DNA of 64,000 nucleotides, taken from positions 1-64,000 of the forward strand of contig CAVTBV010000012.1 of the NCBI GenBank assembly GCA_963733095.1, read 5' to 3'. Below are positions 52,706 to 62,637 of this stretch, one piece after another. How positions within the stretch are numbered: position 1 is the stretch's first letter; the number at the start of each line of letters is the position of its first letter. This stretch comes from Candidatus Bathyarchaeota archaeon (GTDB lineage: Archaea > Thermoproteota > Bathyarchaeia > Bathyarchaeales > Bathycorpusculaceae). Position numbers and translations under genes: made by a program. The notes below the pieces were generated by a model that made no database searches, was not told where the DNA came from, and saw nothing but the letters and a program-made list of their open reading frames with translations.

Positions 52706-54283
52706 CTAAACAGTCAGGTGTTCTAGAAACAATCGTTTTTCCAAATCCCCAACCATAACCACACCACACCCCTTTTCCCTCAGCCGCTCCAAAGACAACA
52801 ACAAAGCATCAGAATCATCACCCATCGAAGATACCACTGTAACCACAGCAGGGCCCTGCAAATTCTCAACCACTTTAGCCAACGCCAACGTAGATGGATG
52901 CATCTTTGCAGCTTCTTCGGTAGCATTAAGCTCAAACTTCAAAAGCTCTGAAAGCCTCAAAATAGACTCTTTATTCTTGTCTTCCAACTGCCCAATAGTT
53001 CTTTTAAGCCTTCGTATCTCAGTTGGCTGCAAAACCTTCTCCTTACTTTCAACAACTGTTATTTTCTCAGTCAACGCTAAAGTTTTCTTTAGAGTTTCTC
53101 GAGGGTTCATCGGCCGAGTAACAGAAAGCACTTCACTTCTATTATAAACCGCCAAGGCAGACGGCAAAGCCTCAGTCGCCAAAGTCAAAGCGGACATAAC
53201 AAAATTATACGCCAACTTGTCAGCATCTTCCGCATCCTTAGCCGTCAAATCCGCAACAATAATTCCCACTTGCCCCCGAGCATCAGCAAACTCGTTAACA
53301 ATCAACTCCCCAAGCATGTAAGAGTGCCTCCAATCGATATCCTTCAACCTATCACCAGACTGATAGGGGCGACTCTCAAAGAATTCAACGCCATGTTTAG
53401 CTGCCCTATAACTTGGCTGCGGACTGGAAATTGCTGCGCCTGCGCTGGATAAGGTTTGCTCGAGATATTTGGTGGCAAGCCAGTGAGCGTATTTAGCTCT
53501 TGGAATGATGTGTAAATCTACTGGTTCTAAAACTTGCCCAGTTTGAACTAACCCTCGAGAATCAACGTAGGATGCTTGGATGTGAATTTTTGTAGGTCCT
53601 GCTAAGGGCGGAGTAAACTGCACAGTGGCATGTGTTTCTTTTTTTGCAGAAAGCAAGAAGTGGGAAGGGTCAACATGAACCCATGAATCAGTGGATTGCA
53701 AGGAAACAAGAATAGGCATACCAGCTTTCCCTTTAATAGTGAACTCTACTGTTTCTGTGTTGCCAACGACTGTTCTTCGCAAGGTCTTCTCCTCAGCTAA
53801 AGACAGTTTTAGCATCCCATGGAAAATACCTGCCAATACAAGGGCAAGATAAGCAAAAATCACGGCAACCCCCAACATTAAAGTCACATTCCAAACAAGA
53901 ACTGAAACCCCAAAAACCAAAAACAAACCAGCTCCAAGAGTCTTCAAAACAAAACTAGCTCTTCTACCAACTTCGCTAAAAGAGAACTTTTGAGTTAGAG
54001 CAAAATCATTCAAGCTCCAATCCAACAAGAACAAGGCAGGAACAATAAGCAAAACAGAGTATAACCCTACCAAAGCTTCCAATGCCAAAGGCGCAAAAAC
54101 AAGTGAACTGATCACGAAAATAAGGTTTAAGCTTGCTTTCGGCTGCTTATAAGCCGAGTACAGCTGGACTGCCAACAAAGCCAGAACTAATCCCATCTGT
54201 AAAGGTGATGAAACCAACAGACAAAGCACAAGCACTGCTACTAAGTATGCTCTTGCAACCGTGCCAGCAGTCAACGATGTCAT
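52706..54283 (-). CDS. DUF58 (vWA-like) membrane protein, MoxR partner
   Basis: N-terminal TMs; GVEFFESRPYQSGDRLKDIDWR. Confidence 0.88.
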   Translation of the reverse strand: MTSLTAGTVARAYLVAVLVLCLLVSSPLQMGLVLALLAVQLYSAYKQPKASLNLIFVISSLVFAPLALEALVGLYSVLLIVPALFLLDWSLNDFALTQKFSFSEVGRRASFVLKTLGAGLFLVFGVSVLVWNVTLMLGVAVIFAYLALVLAGIFHGMLKLSLAEEKTLRRTVVGNTETVEFTIKGKAGMPILVSLQSTDSWVHVDPSHFLLSAKKETHATVQFTPPLAGPTKIHIQASYVDSRGLVQTGQVLEPVDLHIIPRAKYAHWLATKYLEQTLSSAGAAISSPQPSYRAAKHGVEFFESRPYQSGDRLKDIDWRHSYMLGELIVNEFADARGQVGIIVADLTAKDAEDADKLAYNFVMSALTLATEALPSALAVYNRSEVLSVTRPMNPRETLKKTLALTEKITVVESKEKVLQPTEIRRLKRTIGQLEDKNKESILRLSELLKFELNATEEAAKMHPSTLALAKVVENLQGPAVVTVVSSMGDDSDALLLSLERLREKGCGVVMVGDLEKRLFLEHLTV

Positions 54284-54299
54284 GGTGACCTATAAACAG

Positions 54300-55244
54300 C
54301 TATATCTTTGGAACAGGAACCGCACTCAACACCCTGCCTACAACCGTCTTGGGAGTCACATCGTCCATCTCCGCTTCAGGCTTAACACGGATACGGTGAA
54401 CTATAACAGGCAAAGCAAGCCGCTTAACGTCGTCGGGCAAAACATAATCTCTTCCCTGCAAAAACGCCAAAGCCCTGGATCCCTTAAACAATGCAACACT
54501 GGCTCTTGTACTTGGACCCAAAAGCACATCAGGGTCCTCGCGGAAGCCGTTAACTAAAGTAACGATGTAAGCTCCGACTTTTTCTGAGACATGAACTCTC
54601 TTAACCAACTGTTGAAGCTCAACAATGTTTGCAAGTGAAGCTACAGGAGTTATTTTTGGGTTTTCGATTTGATCCACCCTAGAAACAACTTTTTGTTCAT
54701 CTTCCTTACTCAAGTAGCCGCTCCAAACCCTAAACATGAACCTATCTGATTGCACTTCAGTCAATGGGTAGGTACCTTCTGAACCATAGGGCAGTTGGCT
54801 GGCTATCACCATGAACGGTTCAGGCAGCGGATGCGTCACGCCTTCGATGGTAACTTGTTTTTCCTGCATGGCTTCAATCAAAGCTGCTTGGGTTCGAGGC
54901 GAAGTTCGGTTTAACTCATCAGCCAACACGATATTGCCAAATACTGGACCCGTGACAAAACGTGAGTTTCCATCGGGAGAATAGACATTAAACCCAGTCA
55001 CGTCCGCGGGCAACATGTCGGGAGTAAATTGGATTCTTTTAAATTCCCCCGCAATGACTTGGGCAAAAGTTTTAGCGAGCAGCGTCTTTGCGGTTCCGGG
55101 AAAGCCCTCGATCAGAAGGTGTCCCTCGCTTAGAAGCGCTACGAGTAGCATTTCTTTGATGTCTTGCTTTCCGACAACTATCTTTGAAACTTCTTCCAAA
55201 ATCTTGTTTGGTCTACTGTTTGGGTTTTCACTGTTTTTGGTCAT
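54300..55244 (-). CDS. MoxR-family AAA+ ATPase
   Basis: GFPGTAKT, RIQFTPDMLPAD, LADELNR, AMQEKQVT, GTYPL. Confidence 0.95.
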   Translation of the reverse strand: MTKNSENPNSRPNKILEEVSKIVVGKQDIKEMLLVALLSEGHLLIEGFPGTAKTLLAKTFAQVIAGEFKRIQFTPDMLPADVTGFNVYSPDGNSRFVTGPVFGNIVLADELNRTSPRTQAALIEAMQEKQVTIEGVTHPLPEPFMVIASQLPYGSEGTYPLTEVQSDRFMFRVWSGYLSKEDEQKVVSRVDQIENPKITPVASLANIVELQQLVKRVHVSEKVGAYIVTLVNGFREDPDVLLGPSTRASVALFKGSRALAFLQGRDYVLPDDVKRLALPVIVHRIRVKPEAEMDDVTPKTVVGRVLSAVPVPKI

Positions 55245-56131
55245 GTTTTTTCATTCTTCCAAAGTGCTTTTAATGATATTGTCAAAAATAGGATTATTAG
55301 GATCATGGTGCCTATGGGAGAGGCAACGGCGCCATAGACAACTGTTAAATCAGCTTTAGCATCGTCCAAAGGTGTTTTGGGCAAATGAGATTGGGCAACA
55401 AAAACCTGTGGATTGCTTCCTTGAATTCTGACAACGTTATTAACGAACTGTAAATTATCGTCTAAGGTCAGCATCCCGTTGATGAGCAAACTCGGGTCTG
55501 ATATTGCAACCACGCAGCCGTGGTCCATTTTAATGAAAGCCGCTACCGCAAAGGGTCCATAGGGTTCACCGTCATCCCACACGCCATTGTCATTCTTATC
55601 CAGAAAGCTAAAACTAGACGAAAAACCCACTACTGAAGCATCAGATGTACCATTTAACGCCGTGGAATGGTTTAACACTATACTACTTACGTTAGCGCTT
55701 AGAGGCGTGGAGGCGAAAGCGGTTATTTTTGGCATCCACTTGTTTCGGTAATCAAACAACGGATCCAAAAGCGGTTGTCCAGCGAATCTCATGTTCAAGT
55801 CCAAACTGCTCAGTACCTGATTTCCAAACCCATAATCATCTAACAACACAAGTGTCCCACCCGAGGAAACATAACTTCTAACTTGCCCAAGTTCCCTTTC
55901 ACTAAATTGCTCGTAGGGCACTAAAAGCAAAGCGGTCCCTTTGCCCTCCGAAGGTAAATCGCCTAAAGAATTCAAAGCAACAACTCTTTCCTGCGCATTT
56001 AGCGATGAAAGCCCATTCCAATAGGGATTATTCACCCTAAAATCTTCCGACGGTGGATAGAACCAAACGATTGCAGACAGCAATAGGATAGTGAAGAGCA
56101 TTAGTGCTGGTAAAACCTTACACGATTCCAC
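55241..56131 (-). CDS. DUF4350-domain membrane-anchored protein
   Basis: N-terminal TM, NPYWNGLS, GGTLVLLDDYG, ISDPSLLINGML, C-terminal TM. Confidence 0.85.
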   Translation of the reverse strand: MESCKVLPALMLFTILLLSAIVWFYPPSEDFRVNNPYWNGLSSLNAQERVVALNSLGDLPSEGKGTALLLVPYEQFSERELGQVRSYVSSGGTLVLLDDYGFGNQVLSSLDLNMRFAGQPLLDPLFDYRNKWMPKITAFASTPLSANVSSIVLNHSTALNGTSDASVVGFSSSFSFLDKNDNGVWDDGEPYGPFAVAAFIKMDHGCVVAISDPSLLINGMLTLDDNLQFVNNVVRIQGSNPQVFVAQSHLPKTPLDDAKADLTVVYGAVASPIGTMILIILFLTISLKALWKNEKT

Positions 56132-58082
56132 CGTTTAGCCTCCTCCCAATTTCGATAGCTAAATTCTCTGCTTTTTCAGCGTCCTTTTCATTTGGAGCGT
56201 GAGGTGAATACAGGCTTCTCTCAGCTAAAGCCGTCAATTCAGAAAACGCTTCCAAAGCCTCCCCCATCTTTGAACCCGAAGCTTGCAAATATTCGCGCAG
56301 GGTCATGTCGGGTAACAAAGAGATTCGGGTTGCAGTTTGAACAGCCTGTAAGGTTTCAATGTAAGCTTTGAGAACGTTTCCTTTAAGCCCTTTAAACTTC
56401 ATTTCAGAAATAGCTGGAGCAACAGTAACTGACACTCCACTCGCGGGTAAAGAGAAAACCGTCGAGGTTATAGTGGATTTCTCAGATCTCCTACCTTTGG
56501 TTTTTGCAAACTTGAAATACATTACAAAAACCACCGCCAAAGAAGAGGCCAAAGCAAGCGATACACTAACTGAATTTAAAACAAAAACGCTAACGGTTTT
56601 TTGTGTGGCAAATTGCCAAGGTTGAGACGGCTGGGCTGATACCGTCAAGTCTTGGTAGCCAACAAAAACAGTGTTAAAAGGGGCATCTATTGTAAAATTG
56701 AAGCTTCCATCGCCCACCGTCTCAGTGATAGATGATACATTTGCAAACTCTACCTGTACGCTTGCGCCATTTAAGGGACCTGAAGCTGACTTGACAGTTC
56801 CATTAATGTGGATTTGTGAAGGAGGCATAATGGAAGAGGGCATGGTAACTTGTATTGTGGATGCCATTTTTTGAATGGTTAAGGTTCTCTGTGCGGCGGC
56901 TCCATTGTACAAGCCAACTGGATCAGCTGTAACGGCTAAAGTGTGAACTCCTAATTTGGCCTGAGCGGCGATGATGGGTTTAGCCATGAAACCTCCAGTT
57001 AGGTCAGTTTCCGTCTGAGCAATAATGCTACCATCCAAAAGCACCTTGACTTGTCTTTCACTAATCTGGGCCCCATCTTGTGAGGTGACATTGCCATTAA
57101 CGGTCAATGATAACCCGGGATATGCTACATTTGTAACGGAAATGTCAAGTATTGTTCTGTAAAATAAAACCTGAACATTAATCGTGGGACTCACCGATGC
57201 TAAGTAAACCCCTTTGTCGTTACCTTGTGGTGTGTAGAGAGCACTTACTGAAACGTTATCAGCATACTTGAAAGGAACCCGAATTACGACAAAATACAAT
57301 CCCTTGGCATCCGTACTTGCTGATGCAACTTGGTTTCCATCCAAGAAAAGCTCCACCACTCGATTCTGCAAAGCCGAACCGTTGGAAGTAAGAATGCCTG
57401 AAGCGCTTATGTATCGGCCGACAAAACACTTTGTCGCATTCAAACCTAGGCTCAAAGAGGTTGAATCGAGCTTTTTAGATTGGATTTCTTCAATCCCTTG
57501 GTTAGCTCTCGTTAATAGTGTGTGGAAGAAGTCAATTGGGTCCTTTAGCCGCTGTACCATACTCTGCAATTGGCTGTAAGCTTGTGGAATTTTGCTCTCA
57601 ACTGGAGTTGAAAACACACCCAAACGCTGGCTTAGAGTTACCGTTTCGTCTTGAAGGTCAGAAAATAAAATTTGTGCTTTAGCAACCAAAACCCCCGCAT
57701 TATTCAACTCTTGACCTGCCTCGCCAAGTCTGAATTGATCCAGGAAACTGAAAGCCCTATCCAGCGTGCTGTTCAGGTCATTTAATACATTGATTAATTG
57801 TTTCGTTAGGTCGTTGTACCCTTTAATGACATCACTTAAGCCCTGAGGCACCGTTATTTGACTTAACTGCTCACTCAATTGACTAGCATTATCATATTGT
57901 CTTGAAGACATGAATGCAAAAATGTCGGTGTATTGCACCAAAAAAGAATAAGAATCCAAGACGCTTTGCGCATCCGAAGGGTCCTCATGGACAATTAGAG
58001 ACGGATCAGCCCGAACTGACAAGCAGGGAACAAAAACCGATGCAAACATCAGAAACAACACAAATAGTGCGGTCCATTTCAT
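56118..58082 (-). CDS. Surface protein with helical N-terminal region, Ig-like repeats, TM and C-terminal DUF4129 domain
   Basis: Signal peptide; TDAKGLY and TDLTGGF repeats; MTLREYL..ELTALAERSLYS. Confidence 0.8.
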   Translation of the reverse strand: MKWTALFVLFLMFASVFVPCLSVRADPSLIVHEDPSDAQSVLDSYSFLVQYTDIFAFMSSRQYDNASQLSEQLSQITVPQGLSDVIKGYNDLTKQLINVLNDLNSTLDRAFSFLDQFRLGEAGQELNNAGVLVAKAQILFSDLQDETVTLSQRLGVFSTPVESKIPQAYSQLQSMVQRLKDPIDFFHTLLTRANQGIEEIQSKKLDSTSLSLGLNATKCFVGRYISASGILTSNGSALQNRVVELFLDGNQVASASTDAKGLYFVVIRVPFKYADNVSVSALYTPQGNDKGVYLASVSPTINVQVLFYRTILDISVTNVAYPGLSLTVNGNVTSQDGAQISERQVKVLLDGSIIAQTETDLTGGFMAKPIIAAQAKLGVHTLAVTADPVGLYNGAAAQRTLTIQKMASTIQVTMPSSIMPPSQIHINGTVKSASGPLNGASVQVEFANVSSITETVGDGSFNFTIDAPFNTVFVGYQDLTVSAQPSQPWQFATQKTVSVFVLNSVSVSLALASSLAVVFVMYFKFAKTKGRRSEKSTITSTVFSLPASGVSVTVAPAISEMKFKGLKGNVLKAYIETLQAVQTATRISLLPDMTLREYLQASGSKMGEALEAFSELTALAERSLYSPHAPNEKDAEKAENLAIEIGRRLNGGIV

Positions 58083-58342
58083 AGGAAGCTTGCACCTAAA
58101 ATCTGTAGAACTTTCAAGGCCCCAATGAATATGAACACTGCAAAGAGGACATAGCCAATCAGATTCGTAATTTTTTGTGCATTTTGGTTAAGGGGCGAAT
58201 GTAGCAGAGTAAGTATAAAATATTCAACGATGTAGACAGAAATATACATGTCCAGTGTGCCGGCGCTATAAAACGAGAGTGAAAACGAGGTAAGCGCATA
58301 GGTGATGGTTAGTGAAAGAAGATATCTTTCGGGAACTCTCAG
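58079..58342 (-). CDS. Small three-TM membrane protein missing from the ORF track (CTG start, one frameshift ~58120)
   Basis: CTGA overlap with the upstream stop, ATGA overlap with the downstream start; RVPERYLLSLTITYALTSF..LDMYISVYIVEYFILT..LIGYVLFAVFIFI..LKVLQIL. Confidence 0.7.
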   Translation of the reverse strand: MRVPERYLLSLTITYALTSFSLSFYSAGTLDMYISVYIVEYFILTLLHSPLNQNAQKITNLIGYVLFAVFIFIGALKVLQILGASFL

Positions 58343-59131
58343 AGACTTCGCCCCACCACTTTCAAATCGACAAAACTTTTTCCCCTCCTTGAAAGCTCGC
58401 TATTAATGGAAACAGGCTTGTCTAAAACTTCAGCGACGACAGATGCTACAATGGATGCTATTGGACTTCCTAAACTCTCGCAAACCCACATTTTGCTGCT
58501 TTCAAGCCGAGGATTAACGACTTCAACCAAAACCTTCTCCCCATCGACTCTAACTCGCGCTCCATCAGCCAAATTAACAGCCCCTGAAAGAACCAGTGAG
58601 ATGGCAGACTCCAAATCTCCTGCAGAGCAATCCAACTTTGCCTCAACCGTACCGCCAATTGCTGAACCTGGAGTAATAACAAGCAAACCCACAGCCTTGG
58701 GTGTCGAACCATACCTAACGATAAGTCGGTTAGGCAGAATCTTTGTGCCCAATTCCAAGTTTGACTCTATTGGAATAAGCGCTTTGGGCTTGTCTCCGCT
58801 GATGGAAGAGGGTAAATAAACGGCTTTAGTCTTGAGCCCCAGCTCCTCAACAATTGCCGAAACATTTTCAACACCTGATTGCAGCAAAATAGCGCTTGCT
58901 TCAGGGGGAATTTTGGGTTGCCCTCTAGCTATGGCGAAGGCGACTGCCCCAATTATTATGGTTGATATCCCGAGGGAAGTTAACTGCGTTGACCTTAAGA
59001 TAAAGTAGGCAAGAACAGTAAGTAATATGCCAGTTAATGTTAAGCTTGTTGCGAGCGTTGAGCAATTATGTTTTAGTGAAACCTTTACTCTCTCCTTTCT
59101 GGCGGCTTTTTGGAAGATATGTGACGTGCAT
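58339..59131 (-). CDS. Conserved archaeal membrane protein (two N-terminal TMs + soluble domain)
   Basis: Reading frame extends upstream of 58887 through two TMs; the ATG at 59131 joins with one indel in an A-run; LGSPIASIVASVVAE motif. Confidence 0.65.
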
Positions 59132-59279
59132 CTTTAGAGTGAATTTGTTGTATGTATTCGATAAGTTTTAACCGAATTATGGCTAAAACTAATCTAATAT
59201 AAACAAGTCTACGCTAAATCGTTTGCTATCATTTCAGCCAATCCGTCGGAATTCCAGAATGGAAATTAGGAAAAAAATC

Positions 59280-59876
59280 TTAAACATTAATTGTAAGTAT
59301 GTGGTATTTGAATCGGCGAAAAACACAAACAGCAGCCAAGGCTTCCGCCAACATTGCCAACGCGATCATAATTGGCTCCAACCTGATGCCCCAAGGCGTG
59401 TAATTAAGCATAAGTCCAACTATCGGCACAATAGCTAAGCTAAGACCAATCGACAAAGCCGATCTTTCGAGTCCATTTAACTCCCCACTTCGGGGATACA
59501 ATGCCGAAATAAGGATAAACCCGGGCAAGAACAAAACAAAAATGCCTCCCAAAACATACCGGACATAGACCAACACGGAAGCATTCACGGTGAAAACAAC
59601 GAGCAACGTGACGGCAACTAAGCTTGTGACTTCCCAGAACCAGATGCTTTCTAAATTAAAAAAGCAACTCTGCAGACTTGACGGTGGATTATTGTCCATT
59701 AGGTCTAATGTGCCTTTCTTCCATTCGACATAAACCGCTTTAGTCGCGTCCTTAAACTTGAGCCCTTTCTGCTTGACCAAACAATCTACAAGTTCTCCAA
59801 TAGTGGGCTCGTCTATCGATTTGGCTGTCTCCAAGACAACTTTACTTTGATCAGCGATCAAGCGCTTGGTCTCCAT
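59280..59876 (-). CDS. DUF1616-domain membrane protein
   Basis: RYVLG..FVLFLPGF..ALYP..ELNGLER.ALSIGLSLAIVP..LNYTPWGI. Confidence 0.88.
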   Translation of the reverse strand: METKRLIADQSKVVLETAKSIDEPTIGELVDCLVKQKGLKFKDATKAVYVEWKKGTLDLMDNNPPSSLQSCFFNLESIWFWEVTSLVAVTLLVVFTVNASVLVYVRYVLGGIFVLFLPGFILISALYPRSGELNGLERSALSIGLSLAIVPIVGLMLNYTPWGIRLEPIMIALAMLAEALAAVCVFRRFKYHILTINV

Positions 59877-59950
59877 TTCTATTGTTGGAATTCTGTATAA
59901 TTTTTATATATGTCTTATGCTAGAAATCGTGCTGTACGGACCGCAGACTA

Positions 59951-60910
59951 ATGTCCACTAAAATCACACTATTTGCCCTATTTCTAATTCTTTTGGCGCC
60001 AGTTCCCGCCGTTGCCCAAGCCCAGCAACCCAGCGCCAATGATACCCAGAACTCATTGTATGATGCCTATAACGCTGTGCTCGACGCTTCCAAAGCAGGT
60101 GCAAACACAAACCAACTCGTAGACGAACTAAACCAAGCCATAAACCTAACCGCACAAGCTAAACAACTAATAAGCACAAACCCCCAACAAGCCGAAACAT
60201 TAGCCAACCAAGTCCAAACAATAACTCAAAACGTAACTCAGCAAGCAACAACCGCGAAACAAACATCAAACACACTATTAATAATCGCAATACCAACAGC
60301 CGCGGCTCTAATTGCAGCTGGCGTAATAACATACTCGTTTGGGCCAAAAGTTCTTTGGAAAATATGGTTCAAACTCAGAAAAAACTACCGCGTAAAAAGT
60401 AAAAATGTCCCAGCCAAGAACGCTTTGGTCATTACAGCAGAACAAGTATGCGCCATAATTTTAGGAATAACCGTCATTGTAGCATTTTTCTCATTTTCAG
60501 GTTTCTTACTTCCCAAAAATCAAGGTGAACAGTTCTCGAAGCTAGGTATCTTGGGACCGAAGATGACTTCAGAAGATTATCCATCTCAAATAGTTGCCAG
60601 TGAAACAATTCACCTATTTGGCTATTTAGGCAACCAGATGGGTGAACCAATGTATTATACCGTTATGATAAAACTTGGCAACAAAGATACAGCAGTAAAC
60701 CCTGCACCAACAACTCCAATCCAACAATTTAGTCGAGTAATACCCAACAACCAAACCTGGACCTTCCCAGTGGACATTACTCTGACAAAATCAGGTGTTA
60801 ATCAAAGAATAATATTTGAACTCTGGACATACAACCAGACCACAAACCAAAACCAATACCAATGCAAATGGGGACAAATCTGGCTTAACGTAACTGCTCC
60901 AGCAACTTAA
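59951..60910 (+). CDS. DUF1616 C-terminal-domain-like membrane protein
   Basis: Signal peptide, helical bundle, TMs, EQFSKLGILGP..DYP, NQMGEPMYY, RIIFELW, QIWLNVT. Confidence 0.75.
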   Translation: MSTKITLFALFLILLAPVPAVAQAQQPSANDTQNSLYDAYNAVLDASKAGANTNQLVDELNQAINLTAQAKQLISTNPQQAETLANQVQTITQNVTQQATTAKQTSNTLLIIAIPTAAALIAAGVITYSFGPKVLWKIWFKLRKNYRVKSKNVPAKNALVITAEQVCAIILGITVIVAFFSFSGFLLPKNQGEQFSKLGILGPKMTSEDYPSQIVASETIHLFGYLGNQMGEPMYYTVMIKLGNKDTAVNPAPTTPIQQFSRVIPNNQTWTFPVDITLTKSGVNQRIIFELWTYNQTTNQNQYQCKWGQIWLNVTAPAT

Positions 60911-61253
60911 AAAGTAGCAATAATCTAAGGCGCAAGAATGTAATCGCTCACATTCAAGACGTTATTTTGAAAAAGGATTACAGCAACATTAGCTAACTTA
61001 TACGTGGAAGGGATGACCATTAATCAAAAACAGCCTTTTAGTGTCTCAAGCAGAAATCGTGAAAGACGCCTCTTAACGCACTACGAAATCCAAGCGATAA
61101 GCGATACCTGCACAGAGGCTCATAAAACCGGCAGTTTTATTATTTCAACACCCTTTTTGAAGTTTGCACAAATTCTAACAGGTTTTGGTTAGACAAAGTT
61201 TTTATGCGCGATTGAAACTTAAAGTTCCCCGTCAAGACAAAGGATGATTCAGG

Positions 61254-62078
61254 ATGACCCTACAAAAAGGAGATTTCATACTAATCGATTATGTAGCTAA
61301 AGTTAAGGAAACAAACGAAGTTTTCGACACAACAAAAGAAGATGTCGCAAAAAAAGAGCACCTGCACAAAGAAGGACAAATACATGAGCCTGAACTCGTT
61401 GTTGTAGGCGAAGGCTGGGTCCTAAAAGCCCTAGACGATGCACTAGCAACCATGGACATAGACAAGCCTTCAACCGTGGAAATTTCACCTGAAAAAGGCT
61501 TCGGACAAAGAGACCCTGAAAAAATCAAACGGGTCCCAGTAAAGCAACTTTACGCAAAAGAAATTAACCCCATCGTCGGCGCTCGCATCGAATTCCAAGG
61601 AAAAAACGCCATTATCCGCTCAGTCGGTGCAGGAAGAGTCCTACTCGACTTCAACCCGCCCTTAGCAGGAAGAACCCTCATCTACGACGTTACAGTAACA
61701 AAGAAACTCGATACAGCAGAACAGAAAATCGGCGCCCTTATCCACCGCAGAGTGCCAGTTGTTGAAGAAAGCAAGTTCAATCTGTTCATAAAAGGCTGCG
61801 ATTTAACCATAAACATGCCTGAAGAAACATTCTACGTTGAAGGCATTCAAATCGCTAAACGCGGCATCGCAATGGACATCCAAAAGTTCCTTCCAGAGCT
61901 TATGGAGACAAGGTTTATTGAAACCTTCAAAGCTGAGCCTAAACCAGCCGCAGCGACACCAGCAACACCCGCAGCTCCTGCCACCGCACCCGAAGCAGAA
62001 AAGGAGCCTGAGGCAAAACCAGAAGCCGCGAAAAAACCTGCAAAAGCCCCAAAAACAGCCAAAGCTGCCAAGGCATAG
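61254..62078 (+). CDS. slyD: Long-type archaeal FKBP peptidyl-prolyl isomerase
   Basis: GDFILIDY, VFDTT, PEKGFG, GRVLLDFNPPLAG; Ala/Pro/Lys-rich tail. Confidence 0.92.
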   Translation: MTLQKGDFILIDYVAKVKETNEVFDTTKEDVAKKEHLHKEGQIHEPELVVVGEGWVLKALDDALATMDIDKPSTVEISPEKGFGQRDPEKIKRVPVKQLYAKEINPIVGARIEFQGKNAIIRSVGAGRVLLDFNPPLAGRTLIYDVTVTKKLDTAEQKIGALIHRRVPVVEESKFNLFIKGCDLTINMPEETFYVEGIQIAKRGIAMDIQKFLPELMETRFIETFKAEPKPAAATPATPAAPATAPEAEKEPEAKPEAAKKPAKAPKTAKAAKA

Positions 62079-62253
62079 AGCTAAAACCAACATTTTCCTT
62101 TCCATAAAATTTTTTATTTTTAGACAACCCTAAGCTTACAGTTTGCTCGTTTTGAAGCTGAAAAATAAAAGATAAATTCCACAACTGAGCAATAGTATTA
62201 GAGACTTCTCAAATTCCTATCAACCAGCTTCCAGCGAGGAGGTGGAAAAACAT

Positions 62254-62637
62254 ATGGATCACACCCTACTGCATTTTGAAATTCCAGCAAACAATGTAGA
62301 AAAACTGAAGCGTTTTTACGAAGAGGTTTTCGGTTGGAAAATCACCCAAGCTTCGGGACCAATCGAGTACTGGGTCATACAAACCGTTCCCGTTGACCCA
62401 AACGGCAAGCTTTTGCGACCAGGCGTAAACGGCGGAATGTATAAAAAAGCAGTGCCTGAAAGCAAACCTGTAAACTACTTTGCTGTAGAATCCATAAGCG
62501 ACTTCTTGACAAAGATTGAAAAGTTAGGTGGAAAGGTAACACAGCCCAAACAGGAAGTTCCCGAAGTCGGTTGGATAGCTGCCGCCGAAGACCCAGAAGG
62601 CAACTTGTTTGCGCTTTTTCAGCCGATACGTGTTTAG
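62254..62637 (+). CDS. VOC/glyoxalase-family protein
   Basis: HFEIPA, FYEEVFGW, GVNGG, DPEGN. Confidence 0.9.
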   Translation: MDHTLLHFEIPANNVEKLKRFYEEVFGWKITQASGPIEYWVIQTVPVDPNGKLLRPGVNGGMYKKAVPESKPVNYFAVESISDFLTKIEKLGGKVTQPKQEVPEVGWIAAAEDPEGNLFALFQPIRV

